DNA of 64,000 bases, from the IMG/VR virus record IMGVR_UViG_3300025634_000001, positions 41,738 through 105,737 of that record, one strand, 5' to 3'. Below, in pieces: positions 1 through 9,290 of this stretch. This DNA is from a virus. Positions within the stretch are counted from its first letter, which is position 1. Each line of letters begins with the position of its first letter. The notes under the pieces were generated by a model. The model was given only the letters and a program-made list of their open reading frames with translations. It had not been told where the DNA came from and searched no databases. The position numbers and the translations under genes were made by a program.

Positions 1-963
1 GCGATAGCCAAGGCTGGTGGTAGCAGCGCAGTCCCAAAAGGTGACCCGGACGACTGGTCCGGCATCTGGGCCAGGACGCACGCGCGCCGGGAGAAGCTGC
101 TCGCCGGGCACGAGAAAGCCGTCCTCGCCGCGTGGAACGACCTCGCGGGGGACCTGAGCCCGCGCGTTCTCGTCCGCCAGTTCAAGGCCGACGCGGGACT
201 GGTCGCCAAGCTGGCCGACCCGGACCGGCCATGGTGGAAGGACCGCGGCAGGGACGCCGCGCTCGCGTGGCTGACCGCGATGCAGCAGCGGAAGGGCTGG
301 GCCGCTCTCGTCGCCGCGATCGAGGCCGCCATCGCCGACGGGATGGCCGAGGGCGAAGCTGACTCGCTCGCGGTCGCCGCTGACCGGCAGGGCGTCAAGG
401 GCTTCCCCGTCGCCGCCGCTTTCACCGCTGCGGCGCAGGCGCTCCAGGGTGACCCGGACGTAGGCCAGAAGGCACAGGAGACCGCGCAGGGCATCCTCGG
501 AGGCGTCGCGGCGGCCCTGTCCGTGACACTGGCGGACGGCGCCGGCAACGGCTCCAGCGACGCCGAGATGGCCGATGCGGTCACCGGCACCGTGACGGGC
601 CCGGACGTGGCCCCGGTGAAGTACGGGCTCGCTGACGCGCTCTGGGCGGCTGCCGGCGCCGGGCTGACACGGCTCATCGGCAAGCTGCTGACGGGCACCC
701 CGGCTCCAGCGGGAACAACCACGGAGACCGGTCCGGCTGCCCCGCCAGTTCCGCCGCCGGACGAGCCGGAACCCGGCCTCGCGATGATCAACTGGGTGTG
801 CGAGGGCGGCAACCCGTGCGTTACCTGCCAGGACAACCAGGATGGCAGTCCGTATGCGCCGCAGGACGTGCCGGCCTATCTGGCGCATAACCACTGCATG
901 TGCGCCCTGTACCTGGCAAGCGACGTTCCGTCATCGTTCTTCGCCGCCTACCTGCTGAACTGA
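1..963 (+). CDS. MuF-like minor head protein C-terminus (5'-truncated; possibly a portal-MuF fusion)
   Basis: Frame 1 is open from base 1. C-terminal WVC..NPCVTC...P...AHNHCMC matches the MuF Cys/His motif. Lies upstream of protease and capsid. Confidence 0.7.
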   Translation, partial: AIAKAGGSSAVPKGDPDDWSGIWARTHARREKLLAGHEKAVLAAWNDLAGDLSPRVLVRQFKADAGLVAKLADPDRPWWKDRGRDAALAWLTAMQQRKGWAALVAAIEAAIADGMAEGEADSLAVAADRQGVKGFPVAAAFTAAAQALQGDPDVGQKAQETAQGILGGVAAALSVTLADGAGNGSSDAEMADAVTGTVTGPDVAPVKYGLADALWAAAGAGLTRLIGKLLTGTPAPAGTTTETGPAAPPVPPPDEPEPGLAMINWVCEGGNPCVTCQDNQDGSPYAPQDVPAYLAHNHCMCALYLASDVPSSFFAAYLLN

Positions 964-1686
964 CTAGCCCCTGGGGATGAGCTGGTCAACGCTGACGCCG
1001 TGCTCGCCGAGCCATTCCAGGACGCTGAACACGGTCCGGGGCGTGATGTCGAATGATCCCCAGCTGGCGTTCGCCTGATCCTGGGCGCGGAGGATTTCAC
1101 TGACGAGCTCGTGGCGGCTCAGGAATCGCGCCGGACCGTAATCCTCCAGCCCCCACTGATCGCCATTCAGGGTCAGCGGCGCGATCTCCACCGACTCATA
1201 CATGACCGGAGCGCCGAAGCGGCTCGGCGGCAGGCTGATGTCGGCTCCCGGATAGAGGGTGTCCCGGCTGAAGCGGACCTCTGCGGCGATCTCGGCGTAC
1301 TTCACCGGGTGGCGGCGCAGGAACCACGGGATGAAGTAGACGCGCGGCACGATCGTGAGGATGTCGAGCGGCAGCCAGAACAGCAGATACCGGCTGAGGG
1401 GCTTCTGGAGCCACGCCGCGTGCCATTCGTCGGCCGTCTTCTTCAGGTGCTGCCACCCGCTGGCGGGCACCTTGACTGACGCCCGTTGCTTCTCGGTAAC
1501 AGTCCGCCCGGACAGGATGCTGGTTGTGAACCGCAGCATCATCTCCCCGAACGCCCGGTCTCGCATCTCCTCCACCTGGAGCAAGTCCCGGCTGTAGCTG
1601 CCCACGTAGCCGAACTGCTTCGAGGTGAGTTGCATCTGCCGCTGGAAATAGCCCGGCATGCTGAGAAGCCGGTTCTCTTCGCTCAT
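964..1686 (-). CDS. hypothetical protein (moron, possible TM segment)
   Basis: 240-aa ORF with plausible composition, downstream of a small minus-strand operon. Confidence 0.6.
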   Translation of the reverse strand: MSEENRLLSMPGYFQRQMQLTSKQFGYVGSYSRDLLQVEEMRDRAFGEMMLRFTTSILSGRTVTEKQRASVKVPASGWQHLKKTADEWHAAWLQKPLSRYLLFWLPLDILTIVPRVYFIPWFLRRHPVKYAEIAAEVRFSRDTLYPGADISLPPSRFGAPVMYESVEIAPLTLNGDQWGLEDYGPARFLSRHELVSEILRAQDQANASWGSFDITPRTVFSVLEWLGEHGVSVDQLIPRG

Positions 1687-1704
1687 CCCGCAATGATGCC
1701 CGAC

Positions 1705-1983
1705 CTACCTGCTGTCCTGACTGGCCTTCGGCTTCCTGCCGCCGCCCGCACCCTGGCCGGGCAGCGACGCTTTCCATGCCCTGATCTCGCCCATGCGTTC
1801 CGGCAGCCAGCCGGGGATGGCTTTCTCGTCGTCTTCGTCTTCGCCGGTCCACGCGTCGGGCTCGGGGAACGGCGTGGCCGTGTCGCGGTATCGGTTGCGC
1901 CACGTGGCGACGAGGTGGCGACTAGCGCCGAGCCTGCGGCCGATGGCGGCCTGTCCGAGGTAACGGGCGGTCATGGTTGTCAC
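1705..1983 (-). CDS. small MerR/AlpA-like HTH DNA-binding protein
   Basis: YLGQAAIGRRLGASRHLVATWRNRY...PFPEPD...PGW pattern. Confidence 0.65.
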   Translation of the reverse strand: MTTMTARYLGQAAIGRRLGASRHLVATWRNRYRDTATPFPEPDAWTGEDEDDEKAIPGWLPERMGEIRAWKASLPGQGAGGGRKPKASQDSR

Positions 1984-2019
1984 TCCCTGAGTTTACTTCT
2001 GTCGCAAAGTTTTACGCGG

Positions 2020-2259
2020 TCACCACGCCCGCCGGGTCACGGTGGGCGCGTAGCTCATCCGGGGATCGTGCTGGACTGCGTGCCGGACGCACGGGGGCAG
2101 GAACGCCGGGTCCGTGTGGTGTACCTGGACTAGCTGCCGGGCGACCGCGCATGTGCACTGCCCGGTGTCCCTGAGCTTGCCCAGGATGAATTCGGGCGTG
2201 ATGCGCGCTTGCTGCTGTGCCGTGATCCATGCCGGCTGCCTGCGGTGCTTGCCGTTCAC
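2020..2259 (-). CDS. hypothetical protein
   Basis: GTG start with GAGGAG RBS just downstream of a consensus promoter. Confidence 0.5.
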   Translation of the reverse strand: MNGKHRRQPAWITAQQQARITPEFILGKLRDTGQCTCAVARQLVQVHHTDPAFLPPCVRHAVQHDPRMSYAPTVTRRAW

Positions 2260-2303
2260 TGGATTCTCTCCTCGTCTGCTTAACCTCGCTTACTTATGTC
2301 TCA

Positions 2304-2332
2304 AGGTTAAGGCGAGGATAGGTCTATGTCAA
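2304..2332 (-). promoter_or_regulatory. sigma70/HrdB-type promoter of the minus-strand insert
   Basis: TTGACA-17 nt-TAACCT, overlapped by CCTCGC/GCGAGG and TATGTC repeats (possible operator). Confidence 0.75.
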
Positions 2333-2361
2333 CACGTGTCGCAAGGTTTTAGGGGGCATGC

Positions 2362-2586
2362 ATGGCCGCAGCCGAGTGCTCACCCTGCGGCGAGTCATTT
2401 ACCGGCGTGACCAGCTTCGACGCACACCAGGACCGCGACTACTCCCGCACGCCCGCCATCATCTGCCACCCCCCGGCTGAGGCCGGTCTCGTCCTGAACG
2501 AGCACGGACGGTGGGGCTTCCCGCTCAACGAAGCCGGACGCGCCTACTTCGCATCGCTGGCAGGCAAGGGGGCATCTGATGCCTGA
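2362..2586 (+). CDS. FDXHR-family-like zinc-binding phage protein
   Basis: CxxC..F.G..SFDAH..C motif. Confidence 0.65.
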   Translation: MAAAECSPCGESFTGVTSFDAHQDRDYSRTPAIICHPPAEAGLVLNEHGRWGFPLNEAGRAYFASLAGKGASDA

Positions 2587-2959
2587 CGAGCCGCAAAGAT
2601 ACGTTTTGTCCATCGCATACAAAGCCGGGAAAGACCCGCGCATAACCAAGGGCGCTGACGGCGGCCGGGACTTCCTGACGGCCGAATCGCTGGAGCTCGC
2701 GGCGTGGAATTACCTAGCCAAGGGTGACCCGCAGGTTGGCATCGGTCACCTAGACGGCACGACCGGCGCCGCGACTGTTGTCGAGAGCTACATCTGGCGT
2801 GGCCCTGACTGGGATCTCGGCGACGGCATCATCGTCACCAAGGGTGACTGGCTCGTCGGCATGATCCTGGACGAGCGCAGCTGGTTTTTGGCGCAGCAAG
2901 GGAAGCTGAACGGGCTAAGTCCGCAGGGAATCGCGAGGCGACGCCGAGCCGTCCGCTAG
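2579..2959 (+). CDS. XkdF-like prohead serine protease
   Basis: RYVLSIAY..D..LELAAWNY..H..VVESYI..KGDWLVG..W..GKLNGLS matches the XkdF/peptidase S78-like pattern; position before scaffold and capsid. Confidence 0.8.
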   Translation: MPDEPQRYVLSIAYKAGKDPRITKGADGGRDFLTAESLELAAWNYLAKGDPQVGIGHLDGTTGAATVVESYIWRGPDWDLGDGIIVTKGDWLVGMILDERSWFLAQQGKLNGLSPQGIARRRRAVR

Positions 2960-3274
2960 CTAGCAGCGGCAGTCCGGCTTGACGTGGGCCATCGACCCGC
3001 TGGCTAGCCGGTAGCACTTGGCGACGCGCGGGATGCGATCCCGGAACGGCGTCCAGTGCTCCGCTGATGGCCCCGGCCACTTCGGCAGCACCATGTCATA
3101 CACGAGCACGCCAGCGTCCCGGTTCCGCAGCGGAACGTTGACCGGCCAGGGATTTGCGGCCACGCAGGTAGCGCACCCGCTGACCACGCTTAGGTGCCGC
3201 TGATATCCCGGCGTCCCGCACTCGCCGCAGTTCTCAGACAGGAACCGGCTCAGGTCGGCGTGTCCGTAGCTCAT
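2960..3274 (-). CDS. Cys-rich hypothetical protein (104 aa, antisense insert)
   Basis: Fills the gap between protease and scaffold exactly; two CxxC pairs; likely real start of the long shadow ORF. Confidence 0.5.
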   Translation of the reverse strand: MSYGHADLSRFLSENCGECGTPGYQRHLSVVSGCATCVAANPWPVNVPLRNRDAGVLVYDMVLPKWPGPSAEHWTPFRDRIPRVAKCYRLASGSMAHVKPDCRC

Positions 3275-3304
3275 CCCGCCATCGTCCCACTGTGAGGTGA
3301 CACC

Positions 3305-5080
3305 GTGACCGCGCTCGCTGACGACGACGAGATGACCGAGCTGGTAGACGCAGACTTCCCGCGCGTAGACCTCGTGGGGAAGGGCGCCAACGGCATCCCC
3401 CGGTTCCTGGTCATGAAGAACGCGGACGGCGACGCTACCGGCCTGCTGGAGCCTGATTTCGTCCGCGACCTCATCGCGAAGGCCGAGCCCGAGCCTGCCC
3501 GTGAGCGCGCTGTGCTGTCCAACGGCATCACCCTGAACGGTTCCCCGGCTGACATCGCCGCTTTCATCCACAAGGCCGCGGAGCGCGCCGCAGTCACCGA
3601 AGTTCCCGAGGAGGCGGCCATGGCCGACACAGTGAGCAAGGCTGACATGGGCCCCGAGCTCGATGACGGCATCGACGGCATGGACCCCACCGTCCCCCTC
3701 GCCGAACCCGACGAGATGGGCGCCGGTGACCCCACCGACCCCGGCAGCCCCGCGTGGGAGTCCATCGACGCGGCCACCGCCCAGAAGTGGACCTCCATCC
3801 TCGCCCGCGCCCGGGTAGCCGTCGACATCCTCGCCGAGCGGGAGATGCTCGAGGCCGCCAGTGCGGACCCCGACGACATGTGCAACGCGATGGACCTCCA
3901 GGACGTGTGCAGTGCCATCGACTACGCCATCGGCGTCCTCGCCCCGTTCGCGGTCGCTGAGCAGTCGGAGGCTGACTGCGGCGAGGCGGACATGATGGCG
4001 ATGGTCGGGAAGTCCGCGGGCACCGACCCTGCTGTCTTCGCCCAGGTCGCCAAGGCGATGGGCGCCGCGGACCTGAGCCTGCCGCTGCAGCAGCTGGAGT
4101 ACTTCGGCGCTGTCGTCGCCAAGTCCGGCCGGGTCCTGTCCTCCGTCAACGAGGCCCACATCCGCGAGGCCAGCGCACGGCTGACTACGGTCCTGTCGTC
4201 GCTGCCGCAAGCCCCCATCACCGATGACGGCCAGCCCGTCGCCAAGGAACAGGAGAACGCCGTGGACGCAACCGAGACCGCGCCGGTCGCCAAGGCGGAC
4301 TCCGCTGAGGCGCAGGCCAAGAACAGTGACCCCGTGAACGCGGGCGGGACGATGGGCATGGGTACCCCGAAGGGCGGCGACGTCGAGGCGCTCCCCGGCG
4401 ACGCGCAGACCCCCGGCCGTGAGGTCATGAAGGCCGACGGGGACGGCGGGAAGCCCGCCCAGGTCGCCGTCTACGACGCGGACGGGAACCTCGTCGGCGT
4501 CGCCAACCCCGATGACATCACGCCGCTGGCCAACGTCAAGGCCCCCGCCAGCGACGACCCCAGCCCCGACGGAGCCGAGGCGGCACCCGCCCCCGACCCC
4601 GCCGACATGACCCCGGCCCCGCCAGCGGAGACCGGAACACCGGCCGATGCCGTCGACCCTGACGACGTGGCCAAAAGCGGAGAGCTGATCTCCGCGACCA
4701 GTCACCTGATCTCGCCTGATGCGCTCGAGAGCATCATCGCGAAGGCAGTGGCAGCAGCGCTCGGCGCGCAGGCCCCGGCACAGGACATCGCCAAGCAGGC
4801 TGATGTCGCCGGGCTCAGCGAGCAGGTCGAGACGCTGAAGGCCCGCCTCGCGACGGTGGAAGAGCAGCCCGCGGCGCCGAAGGTGTTCACCAACGGGGCG
4901 GTCCCCCCGGCGCACCAGCTGCGCGGACAGGACCAGGGTGAGGCCCGGCCGGTCGACGTCGCCAAGGCGCTCGACCTGAAGCACAAGATGTACACCGCAG
5001 AGCCGGGCGAGGCCAAGCAGATCCAGGACGACCTGACGCAGATGGCCATCGACCAGCTCGCGGCGATCCACCGCCGGTAG
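3305..5080 (+). CDS. capsid scaffolding/assembly protein
   Basis: N-terminal ELVDAD..RVDLVGKGAN..FLVMK motif as in XkdF-associated proteins; KSGRVLSSVNE motif; acidic, low complexity; directly upstream of MCP. Confidence 0.7.
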   Translation: MTALADDDEMTELVDADFPRVDLVGKGANGIPRFLVMKNADGDATGLLEPDFVRDLIAKAEPEPARERAVLSNGITLNGSPADIAAFIHKAAERAAVTEVPEEAAMADTVSKADMGPELDDGIDGMDPTVPLAEPDEMGAGDPTDPGSPAWESIDAATAQKWTSILARARVAVDILAEREMLEAASADPDDMCNAMDLQDVCSAIDYAIGVLAPFAVAEQSEADCGEADMMAMVGKSAGTDPAVFAQVAKAMGAADLSLPLQQLEYFGAVVAKSGRVLSSVNEAHIREASARLTTVLSSLPQAPITDDGQPVAKEQENAVDATETAPVAKADSAEAQAKNSDPVNAGGTMGMGTPKGGDVEALPGDAQTPGREVMKADGDGGKPAQVAVYDADGNLVGVANPDDITPLANVKAPASDDPSPDGAEAAPAPDPADMTPAPPAETGTPADAVDPDDVAKSGELISATSHLISPDALESIIAKAVAAALGAQAPAQDIAKQADVAGLSEQVETLKARLATVEEQPAAPKVFTNGAVPPAHQLRGQDQGEARPVDVAKALDLKHKMYTAEPGEAKQIQDDLTQMAIDQLAAIHRR

Positions 5081-5164
5081 CCCCGCCGCCCTTAAACGCA
5101 CACCTCCAGCCCCCGGAGAGCGCACCGCGCCCGGGGGCTTCCGCATGCCCCCGAAGGAGGCATC

Positions 5165-6658
5165 ATGGCTCCACCTCTCGGCCAGATGACCGAGGACACC
5201 ATCGCCGCCATCGCCAAGGCGCAGACGACGGGCATCCTCGAGTCCACCGGCATCTACTCCTATGACCTGTCCAACCTGATCTCCCTGATCCCCGTCGTCA
5301 CGCCGTGGCGTGACATGGTGTCGCGGGTCAAGAGCCCTGACGGTAACCCGTACGCGATCTGGCGGGCCATCCTCAACCTCACCAACAGCCAGCCTGACGG
5401 TTCGATGGGCTTCGACTACGCGGCTCAGGAAGTCCAGTTCCAGGAGCAGGACTTCCAGGCCAGGTACAAGCCGACCGGTTACGCGGGCCTGGTCACCCAG
5501 GACGCCTACGACATGGCCACGGGCTATGCCGACCCGTACGCGGTGTCCACGTTCAACACCCTGAACCAGGTGCTGATCATGGACGACCGCAAGCTGATGG
5601 GCGCCCAGTCCTTCGCGCTCGCGTCGGCGTCGGCGCCGACCCTGACCGGCCACACGACCGGCGGCACCATCTCCGCGTCCAGCTGCTACGTCGGCGTCGC
5701 CGCCCGCACCGGGTCCGGGTACTACTACGGTTCCGGGAACAGCCAGGGGAACAGCACCCAGATCACCGGCCTGACCGGCTCGACCAACTCGGTCACCGCG
5801 TCCGTCACGTCGGTCAAGGGCGCGGTCGCCTACGACTGGTTCTACTCGGCGAACGGCTCGACCTGGTACTACTACAGCACCACGACCACGAACACGGTGC
5901 TGATCACGACCACCATCACCAGCAACAACTCGCTGACGTCGGCGACGGTCTGCCCGGACATGTCCACCCAGTGGAAGGGCTCGGCGGGCGTCCCCACCTA
6001 CAACGCCGCCGCCGACAACGGCAGCGCCAACAGCAACGACTACGACGGGCTCCTCGCGAACCTGGCCGGCGACTACAACGGCTCCGGGCAGTGGGTCCAG
6101 CCCGGCACCGGCACCGCCAACCCGGCGATCAACGCCAGCCTCGACGGCGCCGCGCTGACCCTGACCGGCGGGACCATCACCGAGATCGAGTCCAAGCTGT
6201 TCGTCCCGCTGTGGAACCAGGTCAAGTGCTCCCCGACCGCGCTGATGGTCAACGCGGCACAGGCGCAGGAGATCGCCAACCTCATCCTGGGCGCCAACTC
6301 CGCGACGACCTACCTGCAGACCGACTCCTCGGGCCGTATCAACGTCACCGCGGGCGGCCGGGTCGGGTCCATCGTCAACGCCCCGGCAGGCGGCATGACC
6401 GTCCCCATCGAGGTCCACGTCTCCATCCCGCCGGGCACCATCGTCGCGCGCGCCGACCGGGTTCCGTTCCCGCAGGCCAACATCTCCAGCGTGTTCGAGT
6501 ACCGCGCGCTGCGGGACACCGCCCAGTTCGACTACGGCATCTCGCGTGTCGCGAACACGGTCGGCGGAGGGCCGCGTAAAGAATATGAGATTCGCAGTAT
6601 GGGTTCGTTCCTGTGCAGGGCTCCTGTTGCCCAGGCGGTGCTCCAGAACGTGGCCTAG
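5165..6658 (+). CDS. major capsid protein with Ser/Thr-rich beta (Ig/FN3-like) insertion
   Basis: AAGGAGG RBS, very strong codon bias, TG..SYDL..LIPVVTP.R..VSRV and PIEVH..IPPGT motifs, position. Confidence 0.85.
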   Translation: MAPPLGQMTEDTIAAIAKAQTTGILESTGIYSYDLSNLISLIPVVTPWRDMVSRVKSPDGNPYAIWRAILNLTNSQPDGSMGFDYAAQEVQFQEQDFQARYKPTGYAGLVTQDAYDMATGYADPYAVSTFNTLNQVLIMDDRKLMGAQSFALASASAPTLTGHTTGGTISASSCYVGVAARTGSGYYYGSGNSQGNSTQITGLTGSTNSVTASVTSVKGAVAYDWFYSANGSTWYYYSTTTTNTVLITTTITSNNSLTSATVCPDMSTQWKGSAGVPTYNAAADNGSANSNDYDGLLANLAGDYNGSGQWVQPGTGTANPAINASLDGAALTLTGGTITEIESKLFVPLWNQVKCSPTALMVNAAQAQEIANLILGANSATTYLQTDSSGRINVTAGGRVGSIVNAPAGGMTVPIEVHVSIPPGTIVARADRVPFPQANISSVFEYRALRDTAQFDYGISRVANTVGGGPRKEYEIRSMGSFLCRAPVAQAVLQNVA

Positions 6659-6813
6659 TTCTAGCTGCGGAAACGCGCTAACGCGTGCCGAGAACACGCG
6701 GATGCGCAACCATCGCCGCACCTAGCCCGCTTCACCTGACCGGAAGGCCCGGACGGCGCCTGCTCCCGCCCTCCGGGCCTTCCGCATGCCCACCTAACCC
6801 AAGGAGCAAATCA

Positions 6814-7110
6814 ATGCGTCTTTACTCGCGCACTGGCGCGGCATCGGTCCAGCACGGCGGCCAGCGGTACGAGCCCGGCAAGTCCGGCGGGTTCGACTTC
6901 CCCGACCACGTGTCCGACGTGCTGCACCCGTTCGCGGTCCGCGGCGAGAAGCTGTGGGAGACCGACATCGAACGGCAGCGCCGCATGCTGGCCGAGGAGA
7001 TGGACCGCCGCCGCGACCCCGCGTCCCTGTACGACGCGGTGGAGAAGATCATGCAAGCCGCCGAGGTGGCAGGCGCGAAGCCCTCGCGGGCCAAGTCCGA
7101 AGCGAAGTAA
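6814..7110 (+). CDS. hypothetical protein downstream of MCP
   Basis: AAGGAG RBS before ATG 6814. Confidence 0.7.
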   Translation: MRLYSRTGAASVQHGGQRYEPGKSGGFDFPDHVSDVLHPFAVRGEKLWETDIERQRRMLAEEMDRRRDPASLYDAVEKIMQAAEVAGAKPSRAKSEAK

Positions 7111-7162
7111 CGAACCCCTGCGGGGATCTCCCGCGCCCCTTACATGACCCTGGAGGTCTCCC

Positions 7163-7825
7163 GTGCCCAATGCCAATGACGGCCTGATCGCCGCGTACGG
7201 CAACACCATCAACTCGACCTCGACGTCGCCGCAGACGGTGGCGGGCCTGATCGTCGCCCAGTCCGGCGTGTCCACCCAGGCGCTCCCCGCCGGGTACCTC
7301 GGGCAGTCGATCGCCCCGGAGGTGCTGTCTTCGACCGCCGTGGTCCTGACGACCGCCTACGGGTACCTGACCCGGATCAACGTCCCCGTCTCGGGCACCT
7401 CCACTTACCTGGATGTGGTCCTGACCACCGGGAACACGGTCACGAACGCGATCTGGGGGCTGTACACCGGGTCGGGTGTCAACCCGGTCGCGTGGACCGC
7501 GGAGGCTCACGCCACCGTCACCGGCACCGCGAACCTGTACTCGATCCCGTGGGTGACCCCCGTAGCGCTGACCGCGGGAACCTACTACGTGTACCAGGAG
7601 CTCACCGGCACTACCCCGTCGATGCCGGGGGTGACGGCGACCGCTACCGGGTCGATCGGCGCGACGATCCTGAACCCGAACTGCTCCCTGTCCGCCACCG
7701 TGCCGACGCTGAACGCCGCGGACCTGACCTCCGGCGCCCCGACCACGATCGGGTCGACCACCACGCTGGCGTGGGGGACCTCGTGGGCGCTGACCGCCAC
7801 GAAGCTCTGGTACGGCCTGCGGTAG
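7163..7825 (+). CDS. virion structural protein (decoration-like, Thr-rich beta)
   Basis: GGAGG RBS, strong codon bias, location. Confidence 0.6.
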   Translation: MPNANDGLIAAYGNTINSTSTSPQTVAGLIVAQSGVSTQALPAGYLGQSIAPEVLSSTAVVLTTAYGYLTRINVPVSGTSTYLDVVLTTGNTVTNAIWGLYTGSGVNPVAWTAEAHATVTGTANLYSIPWVTPVALTAGTYYVYQELTGTTPSMPGVTATATGSIGATILNPNCSLSATVPTLNAADLTSGAPTTIGSTTTLAWGTSWALTATKLWYGLR

Positions 7826-7834
7826 GGTGCTTGA

Positions 7835-7882
7835 CCTGAACCGCCAGCCCTGCGCGTATCGCGGGGTGGCTGGCGGTTCAGG
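7835..7882 (+). terminator. strong stem-loop (15-bp perfect inverted repeat)
   Basis: CCTGAACCGCCAGCC (7835-7849) / GGCTGGCGGTTCAGG (7868-7882); no U-tract, so function uncertain. Confidence 0.55.
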
Positions 7883-7918
7883 CCGGCGCTGCCGCGGAAA
7901 CGATGGAAGGCGATCCAG

Positions 7919-9058
7919 ATAAAGATCCTCTGGCATTCAAACGGGCCGTGGAACCGTAGCGGGTACGGCAAGCAGACCGCACTGTTCGTCCCCCGGATAG
8001 CCGCCCTCGGGCATGAGGTCGTCATCGCCTCCCCGTACACCTTCGGCGGGACGCCGCTGGAATGGGAAGGGTTCACCGTCCTTCCGTGCTCGCGGGACAC
8101 CGCCGGGAACGACGTCTTCACCGCCAACTACGAGTACTTCGGCGCGGACCTCGCCATCACCCTGTGCGATGTGTTCGGGCTGATGAAATGCGCCCCGGAA
8201 CTCGCCGGGCTGAACGTGGCCCACTGGTTCCCCGTGGACACCGACCCGCTCGGCGAAGGTGACGTCACCGTCCTGCGGGAAGGCCAGGGCGTCCCTGTGG
8301 CCATGTCCCGCTTCGGTGAGCGTGTCCTCCGCGGTGAGGGCGCGGACCCCCTGTACGTGCCGCACGGCACCGACACGGCGGTCTACTGCCCCGGCGACCC
8401 GGCTCCTTACCGGGACACCGTTCCGGGGATCGGGCCGGGCACGTTCGTCATCGGGCTGTGCGCGATGAACAGGGACCCGCAGCGCAAGGGCTTCCACGAG
8501 CAGATGCTGGCGTTCTCCCGGTTCCACGCGAGGCACCCCGACTCGTTCCTGGCGCTGCACACGTCCCCGGTGAACAATCCCGGCATCAACCTGCCCGGCA
8601 TGGCGGCCAGGCTCGGGATCTCCGGTGCCGTCGCGTGGCCCGACTCCTACAGCTACGACATGGGCCTCGTCACCGAAGAGCAGATGGCCACCTGGTACCG
8701 GGGCCTGGACATCCTGTCGCTGTGCTCCTACGCGGAAGGGTTCGGCCTCCCGCTGGCAGAGGCCCAGGCGTGCGGGATTCCCGTGGTCACGACCGACGGG
8801 TCCGCGATGTCTGAGCTGTGCGGCGCCGGATGGGTGGTGTCCGGGACGCCATTCTGGGCCAACGGGCACGGGGCATGGTGGAAACGGCCCGACGCCGACG
8901 ACATCGACCAGGCGTACGAGGCGGCATGGCAGGCCCGCGAAGCCGGCCAGCTGCCGCGCAAGCAGGCCCGCGACTTCGCGATGCTGTATGACGCCGACCG
9001 GGTGTTCACCCAGTTCTGGAAGCCGGTCCTCGCCGAGCTCGAAGCCCGCATCACCTAG
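7919..9058 (+). CDS. GT4-family glycosyltransferase (probable ATA start)
   Basis: KILWHSNGPW..SGYGKQT N-terminus; EGFGLPLAEAQACGIPVV GT-B motif. Confidence 0.9.
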   Translation: MKILWHSNGPWNRSGYGKQTALFVPRIAALGHEVVIASPYTFGGTPLEWEGFTVLPCSRDTAGNDVFTANYEYFGADLAITLCDVFGLMKCAPELAGLNVAHWFPVDTDPLGEGDVTVLREGQGVPVAMSRFGERVLRGEGADPLYVPHGTDTAVYCPGDPAPYRDTVPGIGPGTFVIGLCAMNRDPQRKGFHEQMLAFSRFHARHPDSFLALHTSPVNNPGINLPGMAARLGISGAVAWPDSYSYDMGLVTEEQMATWYRGLDILSLCSYAEGFGLPLAEAQACGIPVVTTDGSAMSELCGAGWVVSGTPFWANGHGAWWKRPDADDIDQAYEAAWQAREAGQLPRKQARDFAMLYDADRVFTQFWKPVLAELEARIT

Positions 9059-9072
9059 GGAAGGGCACGCCG

Positions 9073-9288
9073 ATGGCCGAGGTCAACGAGACCACCCAGC
9101 GGAAATGCGACCGCTGCGGCGAACTGTCCGCCCCGGCCGCGAAAGGAGGCGTGCCGGACGGGTGGCTGACGGGCCTGGGCCTGCGGGTGCCGGGGACGTT
9201 CGACGTCTACGACGACCTCGACCCCGCGTGCGCGTCGCTGGCTGTGGTGCAGGCGGTCGTGCCGGTACCTGCGGAGGACGCGGTTTAA
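9073..9288 (+). CDS. small hypothetical protein (CDRCG..PDGW)
   Basis: 71-aa ORF with RBS, in operon. Confidence 0.6.
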   Translation: MAEVNETTQRKCDRCGELSAPAAKGGVPDGWLTGLGLRVPGTFDVYDDLDPACASLAVVQAVVPVPAEDAV

Positions 9289-9290
9289 CG

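Noticed and set aside
2960-6721. 1253-aa minus-strand ORF
   Set aside because: Antisense shadow of the GC3-biased scaffold and capsid genes; only the last 104 codons look like a real gene
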